DNA of 64,000 bases from Vicinamibacterales bacterium (GTDB lineage: Bacteria > Acidobacteriota > Vicinamibacteria > Vicinamibacterales > 2-12-FULL-66-21). Shown piece after piece: positions 16,828-25,636 of the stretch. Both the position numbers and the translations under genes were made by a program. Position 1 is the first letter of the stretch. Every line of letters starts with the position of its first letter. The notes under the pieces are model-generated. The model saw only the letters and a program-made list of their open reading frames with translations, had not been told where the DNA came from and did no database searches. The stretch covers positions 65,208 to 129,207 of the forward strand of contig DATBJJ010000113.1 of NCBI GenBank assembly GCA_036556425.1. The letters are read 5' to 3'.

Positions 16828-19800
16828 ATGAGGTCCGGGGCAGCAATGACGCAACACCTCCGCATCGTCGAATCCACATCCGCCGATCTGCGCCTCTCCT
16901 CGGCGCGCGATTTCATCACCAGTCGACTCGACACCGGGCCCGCGATGATCGTGTCGGCATCGCGCGGCGCGGCGGACGATTTCGCGCGCGCGATCGCGGC
17001 GTCGCGGCCGGCGACGCTCGGCCTTCATCGCTTCAGCGTCACGCAGCTGGCCGCTCGACTCGCGGCGCCGGTGCTGGCCGCGAACGGCCTCGCGCCGGCG
17101 ACGTATCTCGGATCCGAGGCGGTCGCCGCGCGGGCGGCGTTCGATGCGCGGCGCGCGGGAGATCTGTCGTACTTCGCGCCGGTCGCCGATGCTCCTGGAT
17201 TTCCGCGAGCGCTCGCGCGAACGCTGCAGGAGCTGCGGCTCGCGCACGTGCCGTCGAGCGCGCTGGGCCGGCTGCCGCTCGGCGGCGCGGATCTCTCCGG
17301 GCTGCTCGAGCGCTTCGAAGAGCAATTCGACGCGGCGTCGGCAACCGACCGCGCGCTGCTGTTCGACGCGGCGCGCGAAGGCATCGCGCGCGAGCCTTTC
17401 GCGATCGTCGGTCTGCCGCTGGTCCTGCTCGACGTGCCCTGGGATTCGCCGATCGAATTCGACTTCCTGAGCGCGCTCGTGCGCGCGACGTCCGACGCGC
17501 TCATCACCGTGCCGTTCGGCGACGTCGCCGCGCTGGAGCGGCTGCGCGCGTTCGGCGTCGAGGCGGAGGTGCTCGAGCAGAAGGGATCGACGGACCTCGC
17601 CGCGCTGCGGCGGTATCTCTTCGCCAGCTCGCAGCCGCCGGAGCGGACGCCGGCCGGCGACGTCACGCTGTTCTCGGCGCCGGGCGAAGGACGCGAAGCA
17701 GTCGAGATCGCGCGGCGCATTCGCGAAGAAGCGGAGCGCGGGATTCGGCTCGATGAGATCGCGGTCCTGCTGCGATCGCCGCGCAACTATCTCGGGCTCC
17801 TCGAGCATGCGTTCAGCCGCGCGGGCATTCCGGCCTGGTTCGACCGCGGCGTGCGCCGGCCGCATCCGGCGGGCCGAGCGTTTCTCGCGCTGCTCGGATG
17901 CGCCGTCGAGAAGCTCTCGGCGCGCCGATTCGCGGAGTACTTGTCTCTGGCACAGGTGCCCACGCTTCCAGCAGCGCCGGCAGATACGTTCGTGCGGCCG
18001 CGGGACGAAGCGCTCGGTCCCGCATCGGAGGCCGCCGCGCAGATCGAACGCGATCCCGAGACGGTCGCCGACGAGCCCGTGACCGACGAGCGGGCGCCCG
18101 CGCGGGCGGAGGACCAGAGCTCCGCGATCGTCGATGGGACATTGCGCGCGCCCTGGAAGTGGGAGCGGCTGATCGTGGAATCGTCGGTGATCGGCGGCGC
18201 CGATCGCTGGCACCGGCGGCTCGACGGCCTCGCGCAGGAGCTGCGCCTCCGGATTCGCGAGGAATCGCGCGACGATCCCGAATCGCCCATCGCGCGGCGA
18301 TGCGCGCGCGATCTGAAGAACCTCGAGCACCTGCGTGCGTTCGCGCTGCCGATCGTCGACACGCTCGCGTCGTGGCCCGCCTCCGCGACATGGGGCGAAT
18401 GGCTCGATCGATTCGGCGAGCTCGTTCCGCGCGTGCTTCGCCGTCCGAACGACGTGCTGCAGGTGCTCGGCGAGCTCAGGCCGATGGCCGAGATCGGACC
18501 GGTCGGGCTCGACGAAGCGCGCGACGTTCTCGCGGATCGGCTGCTCGCGATCCAGCGCGAGCCGCCGCGATCGCGCTTCGGCGCGGTGTTCGTCGGCAGC
18601 CCGCATCAGGCGCGCGGACGCACGTTCAAGGTGGTCTTCGTGCCGGGCCTCGCGGAGCGCATGTTTCCGCAGAAGCCGCGCGAAGACCCGATGCTGCTCG
18701 ATCGCGAGATGCGGCAGCCGCTCGCGGCTGGACTGCCGATGCAGGAGGATCGCGCCCGCACGGAGCGGCTCCTGCTGCGTCTGGCCGTCGGCGCCCCGAC
18801 CGAGCGGCTCTGGTTGTCGTATCCGCGGATGGAGATGTCGGAGTCGCGGCCGCGCGTGCTGTCGTTCTACGCGCTCGACGTGCTCCGCGCGATCACGGGA
18901 CGCATTCCGGATCACGAAGCGGTCGACGACAGCGCGGCGCGCGAGGGAGGCGCCAGCCTCGGATGGCCGGCGCCGTCGCAGCCCGACCGAGCCATCGACG
19001 ATCTCGAGCACGACCTGTCCGTTCTGCGAATGCTGATGGCCGTGACGCCGCACGCGAGCGTGCGCGGACACGCGAACTATCTGCTGCGGCTGAACGACAA
19101 CCTGCGGCGATCGGTCTCGGCGCGATGGGCGCGCAATCGATCGTCGTGGTCGCCGAGCGACGGTCTCGTGCGAATCACGTCGGGCACGCAACCGATTCTC
19201 GCGTCGCAGCGCCTCGGCGCGCGGCCGTACTCGCTCTCCGCGCTCCAGCGATTCGCCTCCTGTCCGTATCAGTTCCTGCTGTCGGCGGTGTATCGCCTCG
19301 AGCCGAACGAGGAGCCGGAAGCGTTGCAGAGGCTGGATCCGCTGACACGCGGCGCGATCTTCCACGAGTCGCAGGCGCGCTTCTTTCGATCGCTTCAAGC
19401 ATCAGGCGATCTTCCCGTCACCGACGCGAACGTCAGTCGCGCGCTCGATGCCGTCAACGAGGCGCTCGCCGTCGTCGCAGGCGGCTACGCGGAGAAGCTC
19501 GCGCCCGCGATCGAGCGTGTGTGGAACGACGAGATCGGCGACATCGCGAAGGACCTTCGCGTGTGGGTTCGCCGCCTTCCGGAATTCCAGGAGTGGCAGC
19601 CGGAGTACTTCGAGTTCAGCTTCGGTCTGCCGGCCGACACGGACCACGATCCGCGGAGCATTCCCAATCCGGTCGTCGTCGACGGACGCTTCACGCTTCG
19701 CGGCTCGGTCGACCTGATCGAGCGCAATCGCGCCAATCGTCAGCTTCGCATCACCGATCACAAGACCGGAAAGAACCGGACCACCGACAAGACCGTGATT

Positions 19801-20139
19801 GGCGGAGGCGCGATCCTGCAGCCGGTGCTCTACAGCCTCGCGGTCGAGCAGGCGCTCGGCGATCACGTCGGCTTCGGCCGGCTGTTCTACTGCACCGCCG
19901 CCGGAGGCTTTACGGATCATCACATCGCGATCGGCGACACGAGCCGGCGCGTCGGGCTCGAGGCGCTCGAGATCATCGATCGCGCGATCGAGCTCGGCTT
20001 CCTGCCGGCCGCGCCGTCGAGCGGCGCGTGCGCGTGGTGCGATTTCCGCGCCGTCTGCGGACCGCACGAGGAGGAGCGCATACGGCGGAAGTCTGCGGAC
20101 CGTTTAGGCGACCTCTTGGCGCTCAGGAGCCGGTCGTGA
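16828..20139 (+). CDS. addB: AddB-like PD-(D/E)XK nuclease / inactive-helicase subunit with Fe-S cluster cysteines
   Basis: 1103-aa product. The C-terminal nuclease domain has a CPYQFLL ... DLIERN...ITDHKTGK ... CAWCDFRAVC pattern (Cys-X...CxxCx5C, as in AddB). No GKT/GKS Walker A seen in the N-terminus. GTGA overlap with the downstream helicase gene. The start could be 16828 or 16846. Confidence 0.8.
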   Translation: MRSGAAMTQHLRIVESTSADLRLSSARDFITSRLDTGPAMIVSASRGAADDFARAIAASRPATLGLHRFSVTQLAARLAAPVLAANGLAPATYLGSEAVAARAAFDARRAGDLSYFAPVADAPGFPRALARTLQELRLAHVPSSALGRLPLGGADLSGLLERFEEQFDAASATDRALLFDAAREGIAREPFAIVGLPLVLLDVPWDSPIEFDFLSALVRATSDALITVPFGDVAALERLRAFGVEAEVLEQKGSTDLAALRRYLFASSQPPERTPAGDVTLFSAPGEGREAVEIARRIREEAERGIRLDEIAVLLRSPRNYLGLLEHAFSRAGIPAWFDRGVRRPHPAGRAFLALLGCAVEKLSARRFAEYLSLAQVPTLPAAPADTFVRPRDEALGPASEAAAQIERDPETVADEPVTDERAPARAEDQSSAIVDGTLRAPWKWERLIVESSVIGGADRWHRRLDGLAQELRLRIREESRDDPESPIARRCARDLKNLEHLRAFALPIVDTLASWPASATWGEWLDRFGELVPRVLRRPNDVLQVLGELRPMAEIGPVGLDEARDVLADRLLAIQREPPRSRFGAVFVGSPHQARGRTFKVVFVPGLAERMFPQKPREDPMLLDREMRQPLAAGLPMQEDRARTERLLLRLAVGAPTERLWLSYPRMEMSESRPRVLSFYALDVLRAITGRIPDHEAVDDSAAREGGASLGWPAPSQPDRAIDDLEHDLSVLRMLMAVTPHASVRGHANYLLRLNDNLRRSVSARWARNRSSWSPSDGLVRITSGTQPILASQRLGARPYSLSALQRFASCPYQFLLSAVYRLEPNEEPEALQRLDPLTRGAIFHESQARFFRSLQASGDLPVTDANVSRALDAVNEALAVVAGGYAEKLAPAIERVWNDEIGDIAKDLRVWVRRLPEFQEWQPEYFEFSFGLPADTDHDPRSIPNPVVVDGRFTLRGSVDLIERNRANRQLRITDHKTGKNRTTDKTVIGGGAILQPVLYSLAVEQALGDHVGFGRLFYCTAAGGFTDHHIAIGDTSRRVGLEALEIIDRAIELGFLPAAPSSGACAWCDFRAVCGPHEEERIRRKSADRLGDLLALRSRS

Positions 20140-23100
20140 TCGACAGAATCGCGCGCGACGCCATCGCCAACGATCTCGACTCGACGTTGATCGTCGAAGC
20201 GGCGGCCGGCACCGGCAAGACGACCGAGCTCGTCAATCGCATCCTCCGCATCCTCGCGGCCGGAAAGACGACGATCGGAAAGATCGTGGCGGTCACGTTC
20301 ACCGAGAAGGCGGCCGGAGAGTTGAAGCTGCGTCTGCGCGAAGCGCTCGAGCGCGAGCGCATGCCGGCCGGCGGCGACGCGCGCGCGCGGCTGGACGAGG
20401 CGCTCACGAAGCTCGAGGAGGCCCACGTCAGCACGATTCACGGATTCTGCGCGGACCTGCTGCGCGAGCGGCCCGTCGAAGCGCGCGTGGATCCGCTCTT
20501 CACCGTGCTGACCGAGGCGCAAGCCGAGCGCCTGTTCGCCGAAGCGTTCGGCGGCTGGCTGCAGGAGCAGCTCGCGAATCCGCGCGAGGGTCTGCGCCGT
20601 GCGCTGCGGCGCTCTGCGGGATGGCCGTTCGGCCGCCGACCTCAGGGACAGGACGGACCGATCGATCGGCTTCGCCAGGCCGCATGGGATCTCTCCGAAT
20701 GGCGCGATTTTCCGGAGCCGTGGACGCGCCGTCCCTTCTCCCGGAGCGCCGCGATCGAGGATCTCGTGCGCGACGTGCACGCGTTCGCGGCCATGACCGA
20801 ATCACCCTCGTACGCGCGCGACAATCTCTTTCTCGACACCGCGGGCGTGCGCCACCTCAGTCAAGAGATCCGCACGCAACGCTCGATCGGCGTTCTCGAC
20901 GAGGATGGGTGGGAAGCGCGGCTCGTCGATCTCTCGCGGCAGCGGTCGCTCACGAACGCGCGGCACGGACGAGGACCGGGGTACCGCCAAGGCGTCTCTC
21001 GGGCGGCGGTCGTTGCCGCCCTCGACGATCTCCGCGCGCGTCTCGATCAATTCCGCATGGACGCCGACGCGGATCTCGCCGCGCTCCTGCAGGACGAGCT
21101 CGCCGACGCGATCGCGCGCTACGAGCAGTTGAAGCGGCGAAGCGGTGCGCTCGATTTCCTCGATCTCCTCCTGAAGGCGCGCGGCTTGATGACGTCGAGC
21201 GCGGATCTCCGCCGCGAGTTCCAGGAGCGCTTCACGCACGTGTTCGTCGACGAGTTCCAGGATACGGATCCGCTGCAGGCGGAGATTCTCCTGCTCCTCA
21301 CGTCGGACGATACCGGCAACGCCGACTGGCGCACCGCCGTTCCGGCGCCAGGCCGCCTCTTCATCGTCGGCGATCCGAAGCAATCGATCTATCGATTCCG
21401 CCGCGCGGATGTCGGCGTCTTTCGCGACGTCTGCGAGCGCCTCGAGCGCGCCGGCGCGACGCGCGTCGAGCTCACGGCGAGCTTCAGGAGCGTGCCGGAG
21501 ATTCAAGCGTGCGTGAACGCCGCGTTCGAGCCGATCATGACGGGCGATGCGCTGACGCTGCAGGCGAGCTACGTGCCGCTGTCTCCGTACCGATCCGCGC
21601 TTGCCGGTCAACCGGCCGTCGTCGCGCTGCCGGTGCCCGAGCCGTACGGGCAGCGCAACATCTCGATGATCGCGATCGAGCGCTCGTTCCCCGACGCGGT
21701 CGGCGCCTTCATCGAGTGGGTGCTGACGAAGAGCAAGTGGGAGATCTCCGAGCGCCGCGGGCTGGCGCCCGCGAAGGTGGAGGCGCGGCACATCTGCATT
21801 CTGTTCCGCCGGTTCCTCAGCTTCGGTCAGGACATGACGCAGCCCTACGTTCGCGCGCTCGAAGCGCGCGGCGTTCCGCACGTCCTCGTCGGCGGCAAGA
21901 CATTCCACGATCGTGAAGAGGTCGACACGCTGCGCGCCGCGCTCTCGGCCGTCGAGTGGCCCGACGACGAGCTGTCGGTGTTTGCGACGTTGAGAGGGGC
22001 GTTGTTCGCGATCGGCGACGAGGAGCTGCTCGAGTGGCGCCACGGCCTCGGCCTGCCGTTCCATCCGTTTCATTGGCGGCCAGGGCTGAAAGATCAGCCC
22101 GCCGATTCGCTGCGAGGCTCGCCGATCGTCGCCGCCTTGGAGCTGCTGCGAGAGCTGCACCGGCGCAGGAACTACGTGCCGATTGCGGAGACGATTCAGC
22201 GGCTGATCGACAGCACGCGCGCGCACGTCGGATTCGTCCTGCGCGGAGGCGGCGAGCAGGCGCTCGCGAACGTCCTGCACGTCGCCGAGCTCGCGCGCCA
22301 GTACGAGATGGACGGCGGCATCTCGTTTCGAGGGTTCGTCGACGAGCTGCGCGCGGCGGCCGAAGGCGCGCAGGCGCCCGAAGCGCCGATCCTCGAGGAA
22401 GGCAGCGACGGCGTCCGTCTGATGACGGTGCACAAAGCCAAGGGGCTCGAGTTCCCGATCGTGATCCTCGCCGATCCAACGTGCAAGATGTCGCGCGTCG
22501 ACGCCTCGCGATGGCTCGATCCCGAACGCCCACTGTGCGCGCTCAAGATCGCCGGCCTCTCGCCGCTCGATTTGCTGTTCCACGGCGCCGAAGAGCTCGC
22601 GCGCGAGCATGCCGAGGGCGCTCGTCTCGCATACGTGGCCGCAACGCGCGCGCGCGACGTGCTCGTCGTCCCGGTGATCGGCGATGGATCGTATGAAGGC
22701 GGCTGGCTCGATCCGTTGATGCCGGCGGTGTATCCGCCGGAGTCGTCGCGACGCGACGCTTCGCGCGCGCCCGGTTGCCCGGCCGTCACGTCGAAGGATT
22801 CGGTGTTGAACCGTCCCGACGGCGACCCCGCGCGATCGACGACGGTCGCGCCAGGCCTGCATCGATTCGCGAGCCCCGCCTCCCGAACCTCGAGCTCCGG
22901 TGCGTATTCAGTCACCTGGTGGGACCCGCGGACGCTCGCGCTCGGTGCGGAATCCTCGTTCGGCCTCACCCGCGACGATCTCATCGTGAAGGATGGCGAC
23001 ATGTTCGCGGTGGAGGAACGGCTCGCCGACTACGAGCGATGGAAGGCACATCGCGCCGCGGCGATCGCCGGCGCGTCGCGGCCGACGTTGCGCGTCGCGA

Positions 23101-23648
23101 CCGCGACGGCCTGGGCGCACGACAGGCAGAGCGAGGAAGGATTCGAGCACGAGGACACGGTGGTGTCCGCGATCGAAACCGTCGCCGTCGCTCGCGCGGG
23201 CGATCGGCCGGCAGGCGTTCGATTCGGCACGCTCGTGCACGCGACGCTTGCGACGGTTCCGCTCGATGCGGACGCCGCCGCGATCGCGCGCGTCGCCGCA
23301 ACGCAGGCGCGCATACTCGGCGCGTCCGAGGACGAGCGCGAAGCGGCGGCGCAGGCGGTTGGCGAAGTCCTCGCGCACCCGCTCCTCCTGCGCGCGCGCC
23401 GCTGCGCCGAATCCGGCGGCTGCCATCGTGAGGTTCCTGTCACCTGGATCGCGCCAGATGGCCTTCTCGTCGAGGGCACGATCGATCTCGCGTTCGAGGA
23501 AGGCGAGGAGCTCGTCGTGCTCGACTTCAAGACCGATCGGGAATTGACGACGGATTTCGATCAGTACCGCCGGCAGGTCGACGTTTACTGTCGGGCTATC
23601 GCCGCCGTCAAGAACAAACCGGCGCGAGGAATCCTTCTGAGAGTGTGA
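20136..23648 (+). CDS. addA: AddA-like UvrD/REP superfamily-1 helicase with C-terminal PD-(D/E)XK nuclease
   Basis: GTG at 20136 gives VIDRIARDAIANDLDSTLIVEAAAGTGKTTELVNR (Walker A). Also FVDEFQDTDPLQ (motif II), FIVGDPKQSIYRFRRAD, MTVHKAKGLEFP, and a C-terminal nuclease motif (GTIDLAFEE...LVVLDFKTD). The track ORF start at 17898 is an out-of-frame overlap with addB and was rejected. Confidence 0.9.
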   Translation: MIDRIARDAIANDLDSTLIVEAAAGTGKTTELVNRILRILAAGKTTIGKIVAVTFTEKAAGELKLRLREALERERMPAGGDARARLDEALTKLEEAHVSTIHGFCADLLRERPVEARVDPLFTVLTEAQAERLFAEAFGGWLQEQLANPREGLRRALRRSAGWPFGRRPQGQDGPIDRLRQAAWDLSEWRDFPEPWTRRPFSRSAAIEDLVRDVHAFAAMTESPSYARDNLFLDTAGVRHLSQEIRTQRSIGVLDEDGWEARLVDLSRQRSLTNARHGRGPGYRQGVSRAAVVAALDDLRARLDQFRMDADADLAALLQDELADAIARYEQLKRRSGALDFLDLLLKARGLMTSSADLRREFQERFTHVFVDEFQDTDPLQAEILLLLTSDDTGNADWRTAVPAPGRLFIVGDPKQSIYRFRRADVGVFRDVCERLERAGATRVELTASFRSVPEIQACVNAAFEPIMTGDALTLQASYVPLSPYRSALAGQPAVVALPVPEPYGQRNISMIAIERSFPDAVGAFIEWVLTKSKWEISERRGLAPAKVEARHICILFRRFLSFGQDMTQPYVRALEARGVPHVLVGGKTFHDREEVDTLRAALSAVEWPDDELSVFATLRGALFAIGDEELLEWRHGLGLPFHPFHWRPGLKDQPADSLRGSPIVAALELLRELHRRRNYVPIAETIQRLIDSTRAHVGFVLRGGGEQALANVLHVAELARQYEMDGGISFRGFVDELRAAAEGAQAPEAPILEEGSDGVRLMTVHKAKGLEFPIVILADPTCKMSRVDASRWLDPERPLCALKIAGLSPLDLLFHGAEELAREHAEGARLAYVAATRARDVLVVPVIGDGSYEGGWLDPLMPAVYPPESSRRDASRAPGCPAVTSKDSVLNRPDGDPARSTTVAPGLHRFASPASRTSSSGAYSVTWWDPRTLALGAESSFGLTRDDLIVKDGDMFAVEERLADYERWKAHRAAAIAGASRPTLRVATATAWAHDRQSEEGFEHEDTVVSAIETVAVARAGDRPAGVRFGTLVHATLATVPLDADAAAIARVAATQARILGASEDEREAAAQAVGEVLAHPLLLRARRCAESGGCHREVPVTWIAPDGLLVEGTIDLAFEEGEELVVLDFKTDRELTTDFDQYRRQVDVYCRAIAAVKNKPARGILLRV

Positions 23649-23674
23649 CGGTTCAGTTCGAAATCGCATCAGCT

Positions 23675-23745
23675 GAACCAGGAACCAGAACCCTGGAACC
23701 CCTTGGAACCCTGGAACCTTGGAACCCCTGGAGAGGTGGAACCGT
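23675..23745. repeat. degenerate tandem array of GGAACC-core units (period 7-10 bp)
   Basis: GAACCAGGAACCAGAACCCTGGAACCCCTTGGAACCCTGGAACCTTGGAACCCCTGGAGAGGTGGAACC, between the addA stop (23648) and the CBS gene start (23779). Preceded by the hairpin GGTTCAG(23650-56)/CTGAACC(23673-79). Confidence 0.85.
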
Positions 23746-23778
23746 CGTTGCACCACCCCGAACACGGAGGTGCCTGCG

Positions 23779-24231
23779 ATGCAAGTGAAAGAAATCATGA
23801 CGGCGAATCCGGCGTGTTGTACCGCCGAGACGCCGTTGAAGGACGTCGCGCGTGCGATGGTCGAGCACGACTGCGGCGAGATTCCCATCGTTCGGAGCCG
23901 CAGCGACAAGACGCTCATCGGGGTCGTCACCGATCGCGACATCGTCTGCCGGATGATCGCCGAGGGCAGGAATCCGCTCGAGGCGACCGCCTCGGACTGT
24001 ATGTCGACGCCGGTCGTGGCCGTGCGCGAGAGCACGCCGCTCGAAGAGTGCGCGAGGATCATGGAAGAGAGCCAGATCCGCCGCGTGCCGGTCGTCAACG
24101 GCGGCGGCATGTGCTGCGGCATCGTGGCGCAGGCCGACATCGCCAAGTACGCATCACGCAAGGTCGTCGCCGAGCTCGTGAAGGACGTCTCACAACCTGG
24201 AAGCGCACCGTCCCGGATTGCGACGCACTAA
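23779..24231 (+). CDS. stand-alone CBS-pair domain protein (Cys-rich)
   Basis: ATG at 23779 with GGAGG 8 nt upstream. MQVKEIMTANP...IPIV...LIGVVTDRDIV and a second CBS (DCMSTPVVAV...RRVPVV...GIVAQADI). Confidence 0.9.
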   Translation: MQVKEIMTANPACCTAETPLKDVARAMVEHDCGEIPIVRSRSDKTLIGVVTDRDIVCRMIAEGRNPLEATASDCMSTPVVAVRESTPLEECARIMEESQIRRVPVVNGGGMCCGIVAQADIAKYASRKVVAELVKDVSQPGSAPSRIATH

Positions 24232-24233
24232 GT

Positions 24234-24303
24234 TCCGCGGTCCGCTGTCCGCCGTCCGCTGTCCGCGGTCCGCGGTCCGCTGTCCGCTGTCCGCTGTCCG
24301 CTG
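24234..24303. repeat. 10 tandem copies of the heptamer TCCGC(N)G
   Basis: TCCGCGG TCCGCTG TCCGCCG TCCGCTG TCCGCGG TCCGCGG TCCGCTG x4. Starts 3 nt after the CBS gene stop, between convergent genes. Confidence 0.95.
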
Positions 24304-24355
24304 CACATGAGCATCGCAACGCTCCGAGCAGCGGATGGCGAGCCGCGGACTTCGG

Positions 24356-25636
24356 TTACTCGTAATGCAGCGCCTTGACGGGATCGAGATTGGCGGCGCG
24401 CGCGGCGGGATACAGACCGAAGATCAAGCCAATCGCGACCGACACGACGAACGCCAGGACGATTGAGGTCGTCGTGACGATCGTCGACCAACCGGCAAGA
24501 TAGCCAATCAGCTGCGACAGCCCCACGCCGACGATCACGCCCATCACGCCGCCGGCGAGCGAGATGATCGTCGTCTCGATGAGGAACTGGCGGATGACGT
24601 CGCGCTTCTTCGCGCCGATGGCGCGGCGGACGCCGATCTCGCGCGTGCGCTCCATCACGCTCGCGAGCATGATGTTCATGATCCCGATGCCGCCGACGAG
24701 GAGCGAGATGGACGCGATGGCCACCATCACCATCTCGAAGATGCGCTGCGTGCGGCGCTGCTGCGCGAGGAGCTCCGCCGGCGAGATGATCGAAAAATCT
24801 CCGGCCTCGCCGTGCGACGCGTTCAGCAGTCCGCGCAGGAGCGCCGCGCCCGCCGGGATGCTCGAGCTCGACTGAAGCTGCAGGTAGATGCCGTCGATCT
24901 CGTCCTTGTACTGCGACTGATTGTCTTCGAGCCTGAAGATCGCGGCGTTGAGCGGAACGTAGATCAGGTTGTTGCGATCCTGCGCGGGAATGCCGGCGAC
25001 GTCCGTCTGAACGGTCAATTGCGGTCCGGCCACGCCGATCACCTGGAACCACGCGTCGTTGATCTTCACGTGCCGCCCGATCGGATCGTCGACGCCGAAG
25101 AGCGACGCGGCGACCGCCTCGCCGAGGACGGCGACCGGCGCGCCCGATTCGTTCTCCGACTCGTCGAAGAAGCGGCCGGCCGTCACCGCGAGATTCGCGA
25201 TTCCGATGTAGCCGGTGCTCACGCCGTACACGACGGGCAGCTCGCCTTGCGGCCGCGGAATCAGCTTGGCGGGCGTGAAGCGTTTCCTCGCCGTGGAGGC
25301 GGAGAGCCCCTGAAGATTCGCCTGGATGATTCGGTAATCCTGGAACGTGAGACCGGGCGAGATCTTCCTGACTTTCTGCAGCGACTCCCAGTTGTTCGCC
25401 TCGCGCGCTTCGACGATCAGGTTGCGCACGCCGAGCTGCTCGATGAACGCCATCACCTCCTGCTGCGCGCCCGCGCCGATCGACAGCATGGCGACCACGG
25501 CCGCCACGCCGAAGATCATGCCGAGCATCGTCAGCAGCGATCGCAGCTTGTGCGCGCGAAGATTGTCGAGCCCGAGGCGCAGCTCCGGCAGGAAGTCGGC
25601 GGTCGTGCCGGTGATGCGCCCGCCGGCGACGCTCAC
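24356..25636 (-). CDS. MacB-type ABC permease (MacB_PCD + FtsX) lacking a nucleotide-binding domain
   Basis: 426-aa product. LRLGLDNLRAHKLRSLLTMLGMIFGVAAVVAMLSIG (TM1), a large periplasmic domain, and a C-terminal FtsX block (MERTREIGVRRAIGAKKRDVIRQFL...ARAANLDPVKALHYE). GTGA overlap with the upstream adaptor gene. Confidence 0.9.
   Translation of the reverse strand: MSVAGGRITGTTADFLPELRLGLDNLRAHKLRSLLTMLGMIFGVAAVVAMLSIGAGAQQEVMAFIEQLGVRNLIVEAREANNWESLQKVRKISPGLTFQDYRIIQANLQGLSASTARKRFTPAKLIPRPQGELPVVYGVSTGYIGIANLAVTAGRFFDESENESGAPVAVLGEAVAASLFGVDDPIGRHVKINDAWFQVIGVAGPQLTVQTDVAGIPAQDRNNLIYVPLNAAIFRLEDNQSQYKDEIDGIYLQLQSSSSIPAGAALLRGLLNASHGEAGDFSIISPAELLAQQRRTQRIFEMVMVAIASISLLVGGIGIMNIMLASVMERTREIGVRRAIGAKKRDVIRQFLIETTIISLAGGVMGVIVGVGLSQLIGYLAGWSTIVTTTSIVLAFVVSVAIGLIFGLYPAARAANLDPVKALHYE

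Noticed and set aside
17898-20135. 5' portion of the 1916-aa track ORF 17898..23648
   Set aside because: This part overlaps addB in another frame and translates to Arg/Ala-rich sequence. Recognisable AddA sequence (Walker A) begins right after the GTG at 20136, which overlaps the addB stop.
16786-22862. 870-aa (16786..19398) and 686-aa (20802..22862) minus-strand ORFs opposite addB/addA
   Set aside because: They are antisense shadows of genes with strong helicase/nuclease motifs. Their products are R/E/A-rich with no recognisable features.
24234-24303. Tandem heptamer arrays considered as CRISPR
   Set aside because: The units are 7-8 bp with no unique spacers, and there are no cas genes. 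They are simple tandem repeats.
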